Of a DNA stretch of 64,000 bases, positions 61,437 through 64,000 are shown one piece after another (positions within the stretch are counted from its first letter, which is position 1; each line of letters opens with the position of its first letter). Origin of the DNA: Balanoglossus misakiensis (lineage: Eukaryota; Animalia; Hemichordata). The DNA lies in assembly GCA_040954595.2 (NCBI GenBank), contig CM082590.2:5704001-5768000 (forward strand), written 5' to 3'. Made by a program: the position numbers and the translations under genes. The notes under the pieces were generated by a model. The model did not search any database. It had not been told where the DNA came from and was given only the letters and a program-made list of their open reading frames with translations.

Positions 61437-63639
61437 TTAGGGGACCAAGCGCCCTCAGGCGCTTGGTCCCCTTCTGTTATTGCTGGAGTTTTTAGGGCAC
61501 AAGCCAAGCAGGCTTGTGCCCTATTGGTATTACTGGGGTTTTTCATCTTTTTTTTTTTTTTCTTGTGTAGTTTTTTTGCTCAGGTAGATCTTGAAAACGG
61601 CTGAACCTACAAATCTCAAACTTGGCACAATGGTGCAGGCCTATGAGAGCTGGTGCAGTATCCCTGTGAATGTTTAATTAGTCATGTGACCTGATGACCA
61701 TATATGGGCAAAGTTTTCAAATGGACCTAATTTGCATATGAATGGAGATATCAAAATTCTTTTAGCGATTTTTGCAGACCATGTGGTCAGTGTCCTACAT
61801 GCCAAATGTCAAGGCCATGGGCCAAGTCTATTTTGAGAAGAAGATTTTTTATTTTTCATATTTTTGGACCCAGCCATAGGCCTATATTTTCTATAGTTAA
61901 GCTATGACGCTATGTCCACGCCGGCTGTGCAATGGTCCTGTACAGTGACTCTCTATTGGCCCGTGAGCAGAATGGGACCACAATAAATGGCAAAATTTTG
62001 GGCTCACCTGTAACACCTGCTTAACTCATTAATTATGTGCATACCTAATTCCAGGCTAACTAATACGGCTAGAGGTTTTGTTCTTGTGGGACATGGACCA
62101 GTATGGGGTTAAAATTTCTTGCCAAATTTTGGGTGACCTCAGGTGACCTTTGACCTACTTTACCATATCTCGGCAACCAGCGCAGATACAGCCTTGGCAT
62201 TTGGAGGCATGGAACTCCTAATGAAGCCTTATACTTTACCTCATTAATTATGTACATATCTAATTCTAGGCGAACCAATAGGGTTAGAGGCCTGATTTTT
62301 GTTGGACCTGGACTGGTATGGGGTCAAATTTTTTTGCTAAACTTTTGGATGGCCTCAGGTGACCTTTGACCTACTTTCCTATATCTCGGCATCCAGAACA
62401 GGTACAGCATTTGTGTTTGGATGGATCGTACTATTGATAGAGTCTTACACTTTACATCATTAATTATGCGCATATCTAATTTCAGACAAACCAATAGGGC
62501 TAGAGGTCTGGTTTCTGTTGGACCTGGACTAGTATGGGGGTCAAAACTTTTTGCCCAATTTTTGGGTGACCACATATGACCTTTGACCTTCGGCTTAAGC
62601 TTGTGCCCGTCATCGCTGCTTGCAGCTATATTTCTTCTTTCTTCTTGAGTCGTTTTTTTGCTCCCGTTTTTCTCTGAAATTCCGGCACCTGCGCCTATGA
62701 AGTTTGGCACGATGATTGGGGCCCATGAGTACTAGTGCACCTGCCCTTTGAATTTGTAATTAGTCACGTGACTTGGTGGCTATAATCGAGCGAAATTTTC
62801 AAATTGACCTAATTTGCACGTTAATGGGGGAATGTACATTCTTTTCGCGATTTTTGTAGACCATGTGGCCAAAATCCCCTGTGCCAAATTTCAAGGTCCT
62901 AGGCCACGTCGATTTTGAGAAGAAGATTTTTGTAATATTTTTCGCATTTTTGGTGGGCTGAGGACGGACACTGGGGCATCGGACTTTGACCGTCATTACG
63001 TAATGTTGTGGAGATCTCATTAGCACGCTACTCACTTCTGGCGGGTTGCAGAAGTCCTTGGAAAATCGGCTGAAATACGTAAACAGACCAGTGATTATTT
63101 TCCACGGAATGAATTTTGGGATAACACATTATCGGAGTTCAGGCTGTGTTAGGGCGTTTTATTGAATTACGCTGAGTTTGTTAGCTGTTGCCGTTCAAAT
63201 GTTTCTATCTAGACCCGGCTACACTGGTTAACATTCAATGTAATGCGGCAGCGGACTTTGACCCTCAGTCGCTAATGTGGCCGAAATACGTCAGCAGACC
63301 AATGATTTTCTTGCACGAAGGGAGTATGGTACCAGCAATAATCAGAGATCAGGCTTCTTTGCCGTTCAACACTTCCTACTTCAGTCGTGACGTTGCAACT
63401 GAACGTTCAATATGGGGTTCGGCCCGCAGGGGGCCGTGGGGGTTATCAGGTCCCCCGTAATGGCACGCAGCTTCATGCAGCTGTATGGGACCAAAATAAT
63501 ACGCCCGATTCGGGGGTCACCTGTGACACCTGCGTAACTCAATTATGAGCATGCGTAATTGTGGGGTCAATGAAAGGGATGCTAGTGTGGTATTTGTTGC
63601 AAATGGATCAATATGAAGTCCGATTTTCCTGTCAAGTTA
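61437..63639 (+). mobile_element. HINE element G (GGGGACCAAGC type; head 61437-61491, body from 62634; tail not in view)
   Basis: Head TTAGGGGACCAAGCGCCCTCAGGCGCTTGGTCCCC. A diverged body resumes at 62634 (TTAGTCACGTGAC, GGTCACCTGTGACACCTGC). Confidence 0.7.
61492..62633 (+). mobile_element. HINE element H (GGGCACAAGC type) nested in G
   Basis: Head TAGGGCACAAGCCAAGCAGGCTTGTGCCC and tail GCTTGTGCCC...GCAGCTATATTT. It equals element D without the hairpin insert and one core repeat. Confidence 0.88.
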
Positions 63640-64000
63640 GGCTGCATTCACAAAATCCTCAGGAGGGGGGGGGGGGCAGGAGAATTGAGGGGGGGGGGAT
63701 TTGAAAAAATTGAGGGTATGTAAGGGGGGGATTTGAACTAATTTAGGGACTGAAAGGGGGGGGGACTTGAAAACTAAAAGACGACTAAATATTTATTTTG
63801 AGTCCACAAAAATGCAGTTTCGCGCCCTTTATTTTACAAAATTTTCTAATGAAATTGGGGGGGGGGGGGAAACCCCTCCCACACCCACCCCCTCCATTCA
63901 TCAACACCTTTCAATCATTGATTGGTTTATCTAGTGTCCCAGGTTTGGGGACTTGCCCCAACCCCATGATAACTCTGAGCGTCGACGGTTAAATTTGTCC
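63640..64000. mobile_element. GGCTGCATTCAC Harbinger-type MITE, running off the window end
   Basis: TTA followed by GGCTGCATTCACAAA. The interior matches 31914-32130 and then the repeat module seen in 33960-34130. Confidence 0.85.

Noticed and set aside
1-64000. tRNA, rRNA or autonomous transposase genes
   Set aside because: I saw no cloverleaf, rRNA-like sequence or long transposase/RT ORF by eye. Small ncRNAs cannot be excluded without a covariance search.

Overview
Eukaryotic, repeat-saturated genomic DNA. It looks like an animal genome, plausibly a marine invertebrate deuterostome (inference only). Almost all ORFs in the supplied track are by-products of repeats. Layout: (1) 1-8286 is a ~180-bp satellite array. 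(2) ~8830-33610 is a head-to-tail macro-repeat of about five units. Each unit carries three independently expanding internal VNTRs (132, 47 and 179 bp) and is hit by several non-autonomous DNA elements; a ~2-kb stretch (23026-25010) looks like a low-quality sequence artefact. (3) 33828-36013 holds nested PIF/Harbinger-type MITEs plus a telomere-repeat Mutator-like MITE. (4) From ~36.5 kb to the end is the 5' part of a + strand ankyrin-repeat gene, seen as three small coding exons (36634-36663, 43296-43394, 61159-61257) that the ORF track misses. Its introns hold TIR elements, LINE remnants and a 12.8-kb Russian-doll stack of Helentron-like (HINE/DINE) elements whose paired end motifs close like nested brackets. 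The most novel-looking signal is two otherwise unrelated insertions that each end in a 148-bp hairpin carrying two copies of the same CACTCG/CTCGTG mismatch motif.
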